This document shows positions 38,216-47,894 of a DNA stretch of 64,000 nt, in pieces. Both the position numbers and the translations under genes were made by a program. The stretch comes from a virus (lineage: Duplodnaviria; Heunggongvirae; Uroviricota; Caudoviricetes), in IMG/VR virus record IMGVR_UViG_3300028603_000027, positions 1 to 64,000 of that record; one strand, given 5' to 3'. Each line of letters begins with the position of its first letter. Positions within the stretch are counted from its first letter, which is position 1. The notes under the pieces were generated by a model, which did not search any database, had not been told where the DNA came from, and saw only the letters and a program-made list of their open reading frames with translations.

Positions 38216-38464
38216 ATGGAAGCGAAGAAAGGAAAGCCCGTAAGCATGGAAGCCGCACGACTCCGTTTTGCTGTTTCTTCATGGGCTAAGGAAAAGAAGC
38301 CAGGGACAATAACATCTAAGAGCCTAGCGGAGCGTTTCGGGGCTACTGTGACAAACACTAATAACGCTTTAGCCTGGGCAGAGAAACAAGGGATTGTAAG
38401 ACGCGCAGGACATGCAGATAAAGAGGGTAAAGGCCGGAAGCCTGTTGTATGGCAGCCCCATTAA
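38216..38464 (+). CDS. Small winged-HTH DNA-binding protein (paralogue of 36235-36585)
   Basis: ITSKSLAERFGATVTNTNNALAWAEKQGIVRRAGHADKEGKGRKPVVW parallels the 36235 protein motif-for-motif. Terminator at about 38493-38525. Confidence 0.45.
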   Translation: MEAKKGKPVSMEAARLRFAVSSWAKEKKPGTITSKSLAERFGATVTNTNNALAWAEKQGIVRRAGHADKEGKGRKPVVWQPH

Positions 38465-38564
38465 AACACAAAGATTTGTTACAAAATAATTGACGCTAGG
38501 GGCTTGCCTTTAGCGTCTTTTTCTTTTATAATGGTTTTAATGTTAGTCAAATAAGAGATTAAAA

Positions 38565-38837
38565 ATGATTGAGTTCGGCAAGAAGAAAACTAAACTGTTT
38601 AGCTCAGGCAAACAGCCCACAATCGAAGTTATACAAGGGTATTACCTTGTCAGAGAGTCAGACGGACATAGGTTTTTCATATCAGAAGAAATAAACGGTT
38701 TTGCATTGGAAGATGTAGCGGAGCGTGTATTAAACGATAAAACAGGATATGATTACTGGATTGATTATTGCATGGGATACGATATAAACGGTGTACTAGC
38801 TTGGAGCAATCTAGATTTTATAAACGATTTTATCTAG
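38565..38837 (+). CDS. Hypothetical protein
   Basis: ORF only. Confidence 0.35.
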   Translation: MIEFGKKKTKLFSSGKQPTIEVIQGYYLVRESDGHRFFISEEINGFALEDVAERVLNDKTGYDYWIDYCMGYDINGVLAWSNLDFINDFI

Positions 38838-38913
38838 CAGGACGCGGCCAAAATAAGGCCGCATAGTTTGCCAAGTAGAAAGAATTGTTTTATAATGAAC
38901 ATGCATTAATGGA

Positions 38914-39180
38914 GTGTTTGAAATGTCACAATACAAAACGGTAGAATGTTACAAAACTTTTGACGGTAAACTGTTTGAGAATGAAGAGCAAGCAAAAGCC
39001 CATGCTGATGACATATTAGGCGAAGAGTTAGACGGCTTGCTAAAGCTTGCTAACCTTGACATCACACGTACACAAGAATATAAAGCTTTGTTAGCCTGGA
39101 TGAAAGACAGAGAAAACTTGACAAAAACAATAAATCAATTGTACAATATATTAAACTTTGAAGATGATAGCCAAGGGTAA
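38914..39180 (+). CDS. Hypothetical protein
   Basis: ORF with TTGCCA-17-TATAAT promoter at about 38861-38890. Confidence 0.4.
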   Translation: MFEMSQYKTVECYKTFDGKLFENEEQAKAHADDILGEELDGLLKLANLDITRTQEYKALLAWMKDRENLTKTINQLYNILNFEDDSQG

Positions 39181-39183
39181 GAT

Positions 39184-39402
39184 ATGCACCACGTACAAAC
39201 CAAAGTAGCAGACATTATGCACGAAAACGGCAATTATTGGGTGTGCCGTGATAAGAAACAAGAAATGTACATTGTTTTCAAAAGCGGTATTACACATTCT
39301 GTTAGTGATAGTGCATACCCGTTAACAGAAGATGGATTATCAATTGCTATTGCTAGGTGCGATTATTTGGCAAAAAGGAATAGCAAAGCATGCGTACAAT
39401 AA
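39184..39402 (+). CDS. Hypothetical protein
   Basis: ORF only. Confidence 0.35.
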   Translation: MHHVQTKVADIMHENGNYWVCRDKKQEMYIVFKSGITHSVSDSAYPLTEDGLSIAIARCDYLAKRNSKACVQ

Positions 39403-40052
39403 ACTTGTATAGTAAACGGTGGAGCGTAGCCAGGGGCTTACACTGGCAGCTAGAAAGAGAATGTTCTAAAGAAAATGCGCAAGCATGGTTAGCAGTGTTT
39501 CAAAAAGATGAACCGGAAATTGAATTTAAGCTTTCAAAGAAAAAGCCTAAACTGTGAGAAAGAGCATGAACAAAGAAAGGTTATACCATATTGTAGCCAT
39601 AAACGAAAAGACAGGAAATAAAACCTATCTTACAGCCTATCCCATGAATCACAAGAAATGCTGTGTAATGCTTAGTAAGCAATCCCATTACCCGACAATA
39701 CGTAAACAATTGGAAGAGGTGCAATAATGTCTGATGCTTTTGCCATGTATAATATCACTGAGGAAATAGGGAAATGAATAAACGTCAGTATTTAGGCTTA
39801 TTGCTGAAACAATCCCCTGAATGGATAAGACAATCAATGAATAACCCTACTGAATATATGCGGCCCATTCATATAAAATTACATGCTCTAGCTTTACGTA
39901 ATTGGGGTAAATAGATGAAATGAGCAAAAAGCCTGCATTAGCAGGCTTTATTTTTCTTCATAAATCACACATACATTTACAATTGAAAGCTTGTATTGTT
40001 TTAATTATTTGCTTATAATGTAATCACTGAAACACACAACAAGGAAAACATC

Positions 40053-40256
40053 ATGCAGCATACAGAAAAACGTATTGTAAAAGTAGGACTAGGACAGCTA
40101 GAAAAGAAGATGACAAAGGAACAAGCCAAACGCTACGGAAATAAAAACATACCGTTAGACGTAAAGAAGGCAGGGTTTGAAACTGTTATTTTTGTTTCGG
40201 ATGCAGAGATAAACGGAAATACATTTTACCGTATCAACTACGGTAAGAAATGCTAA
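40053..40256 (+). CDS. Hypothetical protein
   Basis: ORF with TTGTAT-17-TATAAT promoter upstream. Confidence 0.35.
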   Translation: MQHTEKRIVKVGLGQLEKKMTKEQAKRYGNKNIPLDVKKAGFETVIFVSDAEINGNTFYRINYGKKC

Positions 40257-40265
40257 GGAGCGAAC

Positions 40266-40451
40266 ATGCCAATATCAGACAACCCGTTAATGGAAGCATA
40301 TAAAACAATCAGACGGTACGGTACAATTGTATATGACAATTCTATAACAACAGCAACAGGGCATATAAGAACATTAAGCATCATATACAAAGAACAAGAA
40401 TATATGATAAGATTAAAGAACGGAGAAATTAAATCTATTCGTATGTTGTAA
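40266..40451 (+). CDS. Hypothetical protein
   Basis: ORF followed by the terminator aagcccctgataggggcttt-cttttg. Confidence 0.35.
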   Translation: MPISDNPLMEAYKTIRRYGTIVYDNSITTATGHIRTLSIIYKEQEYMIRLKNGEIKSIRML

Positions 40452-41233
40452 TACTAAGCCCCTGATAGGGGCTTTCTTTTGTTTGTTTCATACAACAAGC
40501 TAACACACAATAAATAATACGTTAACAGGGCCAGGGAAGGCCATTAGAAGCCCTACAATCAATTAAAACAATCAGGGCTAACACTTCATACAAGAAAGAC
40601 AATAGAAGGGCTTAGAACGCCTGTAATCACTCATGAGGTAATACCCTTATGTTACATAGGGTAGTATTAAACAATGTTTGTCGTTTTTCCACTACAAATA
40701 CAAACGACATTAAAATTGATATACAAGACATATAAATAACAATAATTACTCTCAGTGCGAGGCCAAAACGTCAGGTTTGGTCAAGCCCCTATTAATATTA
40801 TTCATTACTAAAAGTAATAATAAAACAACAAATAATGAATTTAATACATAATTATATGTTCCTCTTAATATTAAAAGATGAGGAACATTAATATTCTTTC
40901 TATGATTATTTATTATTCTGTAATGAACATTTAATGTTTCACGTGAAACTTAGTTGAACGTATCCCCTAAGAGTAGGGAACATTAAAATTATGTTCATCT
41001 TAATGTTAAATCTTAGTAGGGTAATGGGTATAGATATTTTAATATTATGGGTGAGGGAATATTAATTGGTGTGGGGCGCGTTAAGCCCCGCTTTTATCAA
41101 TCGGGTCATAAAGCGTCCTACTAAGAGATATTTATATATGTTGGGGCTTCCCCTTCGGGGATATTTCAATGAGAAATTTTAGAGGGAACATTAGAATAGC
41201 CCCAATTGATTTTAGAGGGTGTATAATATATTA

Positions 41234-41390
41234 CGTCCAAAACTGACACACCCATCTAAGTGTTTGATATTATTAACAAAAAGAGTGTTAGTGTATATGT
41301 CAAAGTGACACACTTCAGAGAGAAAAATGACACATATTTATTGTTTTTCTTGACTTGCTCACCTTTATGTGGCATAATGACACAGTTATA
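41234..41390 (+). promoter_or_regulatory. Promoter with four TGACACA operator-like repeats
   Basis: TGACACACC, GTGACACAC, ATGACACAT and ATGACACAG copies about 35-45 bp apart. The last overlaps the -10 of TTGACT-18-CATAAT just upstream of the HTH gene. Confidence 0.45.
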
Positions 41391-41974
41391 TGGGCTATAT
41401 TTTAAAGGAGTGTATGAAAGAACAAAGAAACATATCCATACACTTGGATAGAGAGGAAGGGTTTTCGATTAGGGAGATTGCCCGTAGGAATAATTGTTCC
41501 ACTACAACAGTACAGAAGGTATTGAAACAAACTCCTCCTGAAGATATTTCTATGTCCGAGGCTGTTGATTCTATTTATACTCTTGCTTCGAGAAAAGAAG
41601 GGGTGTTGTTTTCTGAAGAGTATTCTTGTCTAAAAGAAATCTTCGGGGATGAGATAGAGAAGGGTGTTGTAGGGCAGGTAAGACGGAAAGTGAAGGCAAA
41701 AGCTTCCAAGAAAGGAACATCAGTTTTGTTTATCCCTAGCTGGTTAGGCAGAGAAGATGTTATGGAAAAGAGAGATAGTATTATGTCTCTTGCAAATGAA
41801 CTTCATGAGCGAATGTATGAATACATAGAACAAGCAGTGGATGAAACAGGCGCTTCTTGGAATGAATGTAGAGATATTTTGTTGTCACTAGCTATTCCTT
41901 CTTATAGTAATATCCCTGTTTCCGTTCAGTGTGAAAGGATAGATGAAATTATCCACAAACTACAGATAAAATAA
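41390..41974 (+). CDS. HTH transcriptional regulator
   Basis: N-terminal HTH FSIREIARRNNCSTTTVQKVLKQ. Last + strand gene before the strand switch, followed by the bidirectional terminator tagcccctaaaggggcta-tttgtttt. Confidence 0.5.
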   Translation: MGYILKECMKEQRNISIHLDREEGFSIREIARRNNCSTTTVQKVLKQTPPEDISMSEAVDSIYTLASRKEGVLFSEEYSCLKEIFGDEIEKGVVGQVRRKVKAKASKKGTSVLFIPSWLGREDVMEKRDSIMSLANELHERMYEYIEQAVDETGASWNECRDILLSLAIPSYSNIPVSVQCERIDEIIHKLQIK

Positions 41975-41998
41975 TAGCCCCTAAAGGGGCTATTTGTT

Positions 41999-42238
41999 TT
42001 AGCAATACTTTCTATATTGCTCACGATGTTCTTTACTGTCATACCTTGCTACCATACCACAATCCAGACATTTAACAACAACCCAATAAAAATCTTGATA
42101 ATCCCAATTATCTGTATTGGCCCCTCTTTTTGTTTCCACGTTTTCATGTGGACATTGAGTTTGTAATACCCTGATCTGTTCTTTGTACCAATCTTCTCTT
42201 TCCTTTAGATAGGTGAACACTTGTTTTATTTCATTCAT
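41999..42238 (-). CDS. Small zinc-ribbon protein
   Basis: CPHEN...C(x2)C pairs. Confidence 0.35.
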   Translation of the reverse strand: MNEIKQVFTYLKEREDWYKEQIRVLQTQCPHENVETKRGANTDNWDYQDFYWVVVKCLDCGMVARYDSKEHREQYRKYC

Positions 42239-42705
42239 TGTTTTTCTATCCTGTGTGTATTAGTTCTTACAACGGCTGTCAAGAAACCTTGATTAAAAGC
42301 ATTCCACAACCACTTAACATCTACGGGATGTCCCTCCCGTTCCACCCGACCGATGTATTCCCCGTAATCATCCTTGTCAAATGATTCAGGATAGTGTGTA
42401 TAAAGAATCTTCACGTAAGATTCAAAGTTTTCTTCTAAAGAAGATTTCTCTCTCAAACTCTTCACCTTCTCAGCCAGTGCAAGAGGATAGGGAATATATT
42501 CAATCTCCTTTATCCTGTTCTGCTGAATGTATCTGTCGATAGTGGTTTTAGCATAAGACTCGCTATACTTTCTTTCTGTGTGGAACATCCCTTCTACAAA
42601 GATTTCTTTCCACTTTTCCCCGTTAAACACTTCAGGAATGTAGTCTTCCCATCCAGCAAAATGTACTTTCTTTTTAATCCTTGTGACAATATTGTCTAAA
42701 TACAT
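42235..42705 (-). CDS. Hypothetical protein
   Basis: ORF only. Confidence 0.4.
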   Translation of the reverse strand: MYLDNIVTRIKKKVHFAGWEDYIPEVFNGEKWKEIFVEGMFHTERKYSESYAKTTIDRYIQQNRIKEIEYIPYPLALAEKVKSLREKSSLEENFESYVKILYTHYPESFDKDDYGEYIGRVEREGHPVDVKWLWNAFNQGFLTAVVRTNTHRIEKQ

Positions 42706-42707
42706 GT

Positions 42708-43055
42708 CTACCCCTTCTTCCCTATTTTAACGGCTACACGAACAATAGCTAATCGTGTTGCTTTCACGTTATCCCGTTCTTCTTCCGTGGAAATATAAGA
42801 AAATGAAATAGGTTTACAAAGCTCTGGTTCATAGGGGTGCTCTATGATTGCTTGTCTTCCGCTTACTTTCATTCCGAGGAATATCGCAAGCTTGAAAGCA
42901 TCTTCGTCATTTTCTAAAGGATTCCAATACACTGAACAATCATCTTGGTTGGTATATAATAAAGCACAATAAAAGTCTTCATCGCCTTCTACAAATCCTG
43001 TTTGAACTATCCCTGCTGCTTTTGCAGCAAGTTCTAGTAATTCTCGATCTTTCAT
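42708..43055 (-). CDS. Hypothetical protein
   Basis: ORF only. Confidence 0.4.
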   Translation of the reverse strand: MKDRELLELAAKAAGIVQTGFVEGDEDFYCALLYTNQDDCSVYWNPLENDEDAFKLAIFLGMKVSGRQAIIEHPYEPELCKPISFSYISTEEERDNVKATRLAIVRVAVKIGKKG

Positions 43056-43085
43056 TAATTGTTCCTTACAAATTCCTCAACTTGT

Positions 43086-43394
43086 TCATGATGTCAATAG
43101 CCACTGCTTCCTCTTTGCATCAATTATCTCTTTCATCCGTGCAGAAAGCCATTTCATTTCTTTATATGAGAGATTGTACATGATATAACCACAAGATGCG
43201 CTGGCTGTCCGGTATTGGAGTTCTGGGTAGTATTTCAATCTCACCTCCCCATTCTCCCAACACCAAAGTCCAATTATATTGGATGGCTCCACTACATCCA
43301 GCACTTTCTCTTTAAGAATCTTCACCCTTTCTGTAGGAGGGGAAGACGTTCTAGATTTAAATCTCTTAATCCATTTAAACACTACATCTCCCAT
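43086..43394 (-). CDS. Hypothetical protein
   Basis: ORF only. Confidence 0.35.
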   Translation of the reverse strand: MGDVVFKWIKRFKSRTSSPPTERVKILKEKVLDVVEPSNIIGLWCWENGEVRLKYYPELQYRTASASCGYIMYNLSYKEMKWLSARMKEIIDAKRKQWLLTS

Positions 43395-43687
43395 CCAACA
43401 ATCTCATATCTAGGCTTCACTTCCACTAACTTGAAATTTCCATTAGGCTTTACCCACCAAGGATGTCCCTTCCACTTCTTAGCAAAAGCGATAGCTTCTT
43501 CTTGTGTGCGAAATGTTTTTATTTCTCGTGGAACGCCTTCTGTAGAGAAAGTTAACGATTTCCCCGTAGCCTCCACCCACCCTTCTGGCTCTTTACAAAC
43601 GTAGTATTCCTCTCCCTCCCTAGATAGTGGATTGCCGTAACTACTTATCACCTCTTTGCCTTCTACAATAAGAATATACATTGTCAT
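43382..43687 (-). CDS. Hypothetical protein
   Basis: ORF only. Confidence 0.35.
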   Translation of the reverse strand: MTMYILIVEGKEVISSYGNPLSREGEEYYVCKEPEGWVEATGKSLTFSTEGVPREIKTFRTQEEAIAFAKKWKGHPWWVKPNGNFKLVEVKPRYEIVGWEM

Positions 43688-43690
43688 TCC

Positions 43691-43993
43691 TCAAGGATAT
43701 TTGATATAACTCACTTCTACAACAGTGCGTTTCTTAGATTCAGCCTTCATACGCTTCTGACTCTCTAGAAACCAATCAATCTCTTGTTGTGCGGACTCTA
43801 ATGTAAAGAATGGGCCACGTTCACTAAACACATCAGTGACAACCCAACAAGGCCAATCCGTCCAGTGTTGTCTCTGTGGAATGTATTCTGCAGAAACATT
43901 ACCATAGAAATCTGTCTTCTCCACCACCTTAATTCTTGTCCTCATAACACCCCTCAATCCTTTTGTTGTGCAGGGACAAATTGTAGCACACAA
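43691..43993 (-). CDS. Hypothetical protein
   Basis: ORF only. Confidence 0.35.
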   Translation of the reverse strand: MCATICPCTTKGLRGVMRTRIKVVEKTDFYGNVSAEYIPQRQHWTDWPCWVVTDVFSERGPFFTLESAQQEIDWFLESQKRMKAESKKRTVVEVSYIKYP

Positions 43994-44164
43994 TACTCTG
44001 TTCGTGGCAATGCCATCTCACATTCTCGCTTCATCTCCCTTGCTTGGTGCAAGAATTCTTTTTGTTGATCTGTCACTAGATTCCCAGAGGAATCTAATAC
44101 CACCCAAACGGAGAAAATTATGCCTCCAATAACTATGAATAGGAACCATATTACATCTCTCATT

Positions 44165-44413
44165 CTAATTCCTTTCTAATCTCTTGCCACAGTCTTCACA
44201 CCACACTTCATACCATGTTTCTCTTTTGTGGTAATCGAAGTCTTCTTTTTCTTTTTTGTTTATATGTGGGCATGTTTCTTGTAGGGCTGCAATCTGATTG
44301 TTACACTCTTTCCATACCTTTGCTTTTCGCGCAGAAGCTTCTTCCTCAATAGCTTTAATTTCTTTTTGTCTGAACTCATCTAATTCTAGTCGAAGTTTTT
44401 TATAAATATTCAC
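44165..44413 (-). CDS. Small zinc-ribbon protein
   Basis: CPH...CEDCG motifs. Confidence 0.35.
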   Translation of the reverse strand: MNIYKKLRLELDEFRQKEIKAIEEEASARKAKVWKECNNQIAALQETCPHINKKEKEDFDYHKRETWYEVWCEDCGKRLERN

Positions 44414-44414
44414 A

Positions 44415-44645
44415 TTACACCTTTACACAAGAAAGCTGATAACCTCCAACCCCATCACGAGAATAACACACTACTTTGTACTGAGGCGTAATGTCTTCGT
44501 ATTTATATATTGTGTGGCCCCCTTTTTGAATCCTATAGCTTCCAGCACCAGCATGTTGTGGGAACATAGTGACCAGAGACAGTACAGCCAAAATCATTGC
44601 TACAAACAGAAGAATTAAACTTCGATTTTCTTTAATTACTTTCAT
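44415..44645 (-). CDS. Small secreted/membrane protein
   Basis: N-terminal hydrophobic segment LILLFVAMILAVLSLVTMF. Confidence 0.35.
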   Translation of the reverse strand: MKVIKENRSLILLFVAMILAVLSLVTMFPQHAGAGSYRIQKGGHTIYKYEDITPQYKVVCYSRDGVGGYQLSCVKV

Positions 44646-45145
44646 GCTGCTTCCTTTCTAAAGAAACTTTGGAATTCTTGAGGGATGAGTCCTTGCCTAT
44701 ACACCACCATATATTCATTTTCATTCTCCACCCTACCTGCTATGGAATCTGCAAAATCCATCCTCTCTTGGTCATTATCTCTAGAAAAGGATTTCTTAAT
44801 ACACTTTACTACTTTTCTTGCATCTACAACAATATCGCTTTCTGTCAATAAAACAGGAAAAAGGAAACTTCCTTCCGAGAAATTATCTGAAAAATAAGAG
44901 ACACCACGAACATCAGAACAAGACAAGATACCAGAATGGGTGATCTTTTTCTTTTTGTTCACTAGATTTATTCTGCGAGAATGAAACAATTGAAGTTTTT
45001 TCGCTTTCTGCCAAGGAACAAAACATTCTTTAGGTAAATTTTTAATATTCCAAAGCTTTGTATACCTACTCCTCGCCATAGAAGAATAGGGGTCATCGGA
45101 AAACAAATATTCGTAAGTGAGATGTAAGGCTTGCTCTTCAGTCAT
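44642..45145 (-). CDS. Hypothetical protein
   Basis: ORF; start set at MTEEQ. Confidence 0.4.
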   Translation of the reverse strand: MTEEQALHLTYEYLFSDDPYSSMARSRYTKLWNIKNLPKECFVPWQKAKKLQLFHSRRINLVNKKKKITHSGILSCSDVRGVSYFSDNFSEGSFLFPVLLTESDIVVDARKVVKCIKKSFSRDNDQERMDFADSIAGRVENENEYMVVYRQGLIPQEFQSFFRKEAA

Positions 45146-45289
45146 AACAATTCTCAGCCATAAACATGCACAGGAAGGCACCAGACGCCCTGTATGCGAT
45201 TTAAAAGTGTAAGGATAGGGGAAGCCTTAGGCGTTGTGTTAAAACGCCTTAAAAGGCTTCTAATTAGCTTTGTCGTATTTATACTTGTT

Positions 45290-46000
45290 TCATAAATTTA
45301 AAACCTCTCTGTCCTTCTCCGTGTAAGGAGGCCATTCTCCAAAAACTTCATAGTAATATTTGTAAACAACTTTAGCGGCATCCTCTTCTGTCTCAAAGGT
45401 TCCTAAATGGATAGGCTTACCTTCCACCGTTAAAGAACAAATCCATTTCTTGTGTTGCTTGTGGAAATAGACATATTTGAATTGGCTAGTGCCTCGCAAT
45501 TTCCGTTGATTTTTGTTTTGCTCTTCTCTGAGGCTCCATTTTACATTCCCTTCTTCATAATTTCCATTACTGTTAATTCTATCCAAGGAATGTTTTTCAG
45601 AAGGCGCTTGCCCTACATGAGAGAGGAAATCCTCGAAACTACTAATCCAATTTTCTTGGACAGAAATCCCTCGTTTTCCATAGTATTTATATCCTATAAA
45701 ATTAGGATTCAAACAACGACGTTTCATTTCTATCCAAGCGTCATATTCTTTTGTACCCACCTTGCCGTGATCTGTTGCTCTCTCTTTAGACAACTCTCTC
45801 GACAAACAACCGCAAGACTTAGAAGTGCCTCTTAACAAGTATTGTTTGCGAACAACTTGTATTTTACCGCAACTGCATTGACAGAGTAATTGTTTGTGCC
45901 TCTGAGATTTTAAACTATCTTTACTAACCCAAACATAGGAAGGGGCAGTATCTATTACCTGCCACCTCCCAAACTCTTTTCCTTTGTAATCTTCACTCAT
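45290..46000 (-). CDS. HNH homing endonuclease with AP2 DNA-binding domain
   Basis: HNH core HSLDRINSNGNYEEGNVKW. AP2-type domain YVYFHKQHKKWICSLTVEGKPIHLGTFETEEDAAKV. Confidence 0.6.
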   Translation of the reverse strand: MSEDYKGKEFGRWQVIDTAPSYVWVSKDSLKSQRHKQLLCQCSCGKIQVVRKQYLLRGTSKSCGCLSRELSKERATDHGKVGTKEYDAWIEMKRRCLNPNFIGYKYYGKRGISVQENWISSFEDFLSHVGQAPSEKHSLDRINSNGNYEEGNVKWSLREEQNKNQRKLRGTSQFKYVYFHKQHKKWICSLTVEGKPIHLGTFETEEDAAKVVYKYYYEVFGEWPPYTEKDREVLNL

Positions 46001-47129
46001 AAACCGTAATCAATTTCTCCTGAGGGGAAACTTCCTTTACCGTTGCATATTCAACACAAAATCCGTGATGGGAATAATAATTGTAAAACACTTTATAGAA
46101 AACACTATCCACCTTAATCACTGAATAACAATCTTCTGACCCACCTTCACCACCGCCTTCCTGTTCAATAAACTCCACGCGATTGTTTTCAGGGAAGTCT
46201 CCCATAAGAATGTCAACATCGTCCCATTCATCGTCCCAACGAGGGGTTTCGCCCTCAGCTAGCAGGGCTTCATTAACCAGGGAAGTGAAGTCGTCCAAAG
46301 TAATAGTCTTGCTCATATAAATCTCCTTTAAATTTAAACGGGATAAAACATACAACATTTCTTTTTCAAGAGGAAAGAGAAATTCTTCAATATTCTCGAC
46401 TATGAAATCACAAAAGATTCCTTTAGTCAAGCGTGTAACGGTTTTGTGTAGACTTTTGTTCCAAGCTTGTTGGATAGTGAACACATTTTTTTGTTTTGAA
46501 AGAGTAGGGATGAGCCAACGCTCTAAAGCAATCACTGCAATCTCTTCCTTCATCATCCTGATCTTTCGGGTAGAAGGTAGAGCATTCCATTTTTCTTTAT
46601 CAATAAAAACATCGTGACCTTCTTTTAGACAAGAAGCGTACACCGGAGAGTCAGGAAATGCTACTAATTCATGCAGATAATCATGTTCATGCAACTTAGG
46701 TACAAAATCATCAAAGAATTTATCTTTTGTTCTGTAAAGAGACAAGAAATCTTTATTCCCAAACTCTTCTACCCAATGTTTTTTTAACACCCCGCACAAT
46801 TCCTTATTGTACTTCCCTTTTGTAAGCTTTTTCAATAAAAGGACATCTTGTTTGTGTTTATGCCAGAAAATGTCATAAGCGAAGTGAGACAGCTTAATTG
46901 CCAGCAAATCCTCTAGTGTTGCTGCACCTTCAAATTTAGACTGTTCTTGAAATGCATTCATTACTTCTTGAGACATTACAATACGGTCTAGACGAAGCAT
47001 GATCTTGTTTGAAGGTTTCCATTTATCTTCTAGAGTCCACACATCAGTATCTGTACTTTTAGAAGAAATAGATATACCTAACTCTTTTAGTCTTCGGTTC
47101 AAAGCTGTTCGGCCTACGACTATCCACAC
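45993..47129 (-). CDS. Hypothetical protein
   Basis: 378-aa ORF with no recognisable motif. Confidence 0.45.
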   Translation of the reverse strand: MWIVVGRTALNRRLKELGISISSKSTDTDVWTLEDKWKPSNKIMLRLDRIVMSQEVMNAFQEQSKFEGAATLEDLLAIKLSHFAYDIFWHKHKQDVLLLKKLTKGKYNKELCGVLKKHWVEEFGNKDFLSLYRTKDKFFDDFVPKLHEHDYLHELVAFPDSPVYASCLKEGHDVFIDKEKWNALPSTRKIRMMKEEIAVIALERWLIPTLSKQKNVFTIQQAWNKSLHKTVTRLTKGIFCDFIVENIEEFLFPLEKEMLYVLSRLNLKEIYMSKTITLDDFTSLVNEALLAEGETPRWDDEWDDVDILMGDFPENNRVEFIEQEGGGEGGSEDCYSVIKVDSVFYKVFYNYYSHHGFCVEYATVKEVSPQEKLITVYE

Positions 47130-47141
47130 TTCTGTCTCTCC

Positions 47142-47339
47142 TTATCTGTATTCCCAATCCGAAGGAATGTCGAAATCCTCATCCCTTTCACGTGGTTCTA
47201 GGGGAGCTTCACAACAGTCACTAACATATTGTTTATCTACATGATTGATTACACTGCCCCAAAACTCATCAAGACCAAGACCATAATCTATCCACATCCC
47301 CGTACAAGGTTTCTCACAAAATTCACAAATTTCTTCCAC
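47142..47339 (-). CDS. Hypothetical Cys-rich small protein
   Basis: CEFCEKPC...C motifs. Confidence 0.35.
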   Translation of the reverse strand: MEEICEFCEKPCTGMWIDYGLGLDEFWGSVINHVDKQYVSDCCEAPLEPRERDEDFDIPSDWEYR

Positions 47340-47340
47340 T

Positions 47341-47586
47341 CTACATCTCCAACTTTTCCTTGATAATTTTCACTAAGTCTAGATCAACCTTATCTAGCTT
47401 ATCCTGTTCTGCCTTTTTAATAATTAAACTTAGCTCTTCAATCATTTCTTGTATTTTATTGCAGTCTGCTATCCATCGCTCTTTTATTTCAACGAATAGT
47501 CTTTCTTTGGCTCGATAATATGCGTCCCTTTTCTTAGGGTCGGCAAGAATTCTTTCTTTTCTCTTGTTCATTCTCCTACGCTCCAC
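47341..47586 (-). CDS. Hypothetical coiled-coil protein
   Basis: ORF only. Confidence 0.35.
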   Translation of the reverse strand: MERRRMNKRKERILADPKKRDAYYRAKERLFVEIKERWIADCNKIQEMIEELSLIIKKAEQDKLDKVDLDLVKIIKEKLEM

Positions 47587-47888
47587 TCTACAACTTTAAT
47601 ACCGCTTTCTTTAATCATCAACTCGCAGGCGGGACAGGGTTTAGCTAAAAGAAAATCTCCTCTCTTATTTGTCCTAGAAACAAAAATTCTATGAGCTTTG
47701 GACAAATCCCTACACTTCAGGATAGCTGCGGCCTCGGCATGGAGATAGATTTTATGGGGCGTTCCTGCACGTTCAGCATATTCCGCTTGCACACGATGAG
47801 TTTTGGTGTAAGAATTTTCTCCTACAGACAACACCCTTCCCCTTTTATCGTATATCACCGCTTTCAAGGCATGTTTCACAGACGACAC
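47568..47888 (-). CDS. Compact CDA-fold (cytidine/tRNA-adenosine deaminase-like) zinc deaminase
   Basis: LHAEAAAIL (H[AC]E) and AKPCPACELMI (PCxxC) zinc-binding signatures in only 106 aa. Confidence 0.5.
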   Translation of the reverse strand: MSSVKHALKAVIYDKRGRVLSVGENSYTKTHRVQAEYAERAGTPHKIYLHAEAAAILKCRDLSKAHRIFVSRTNKRGDFLLAKPCPACELMIKESGIKVVEWSVGE

Positions 47889-47894
47889 TTCTAT

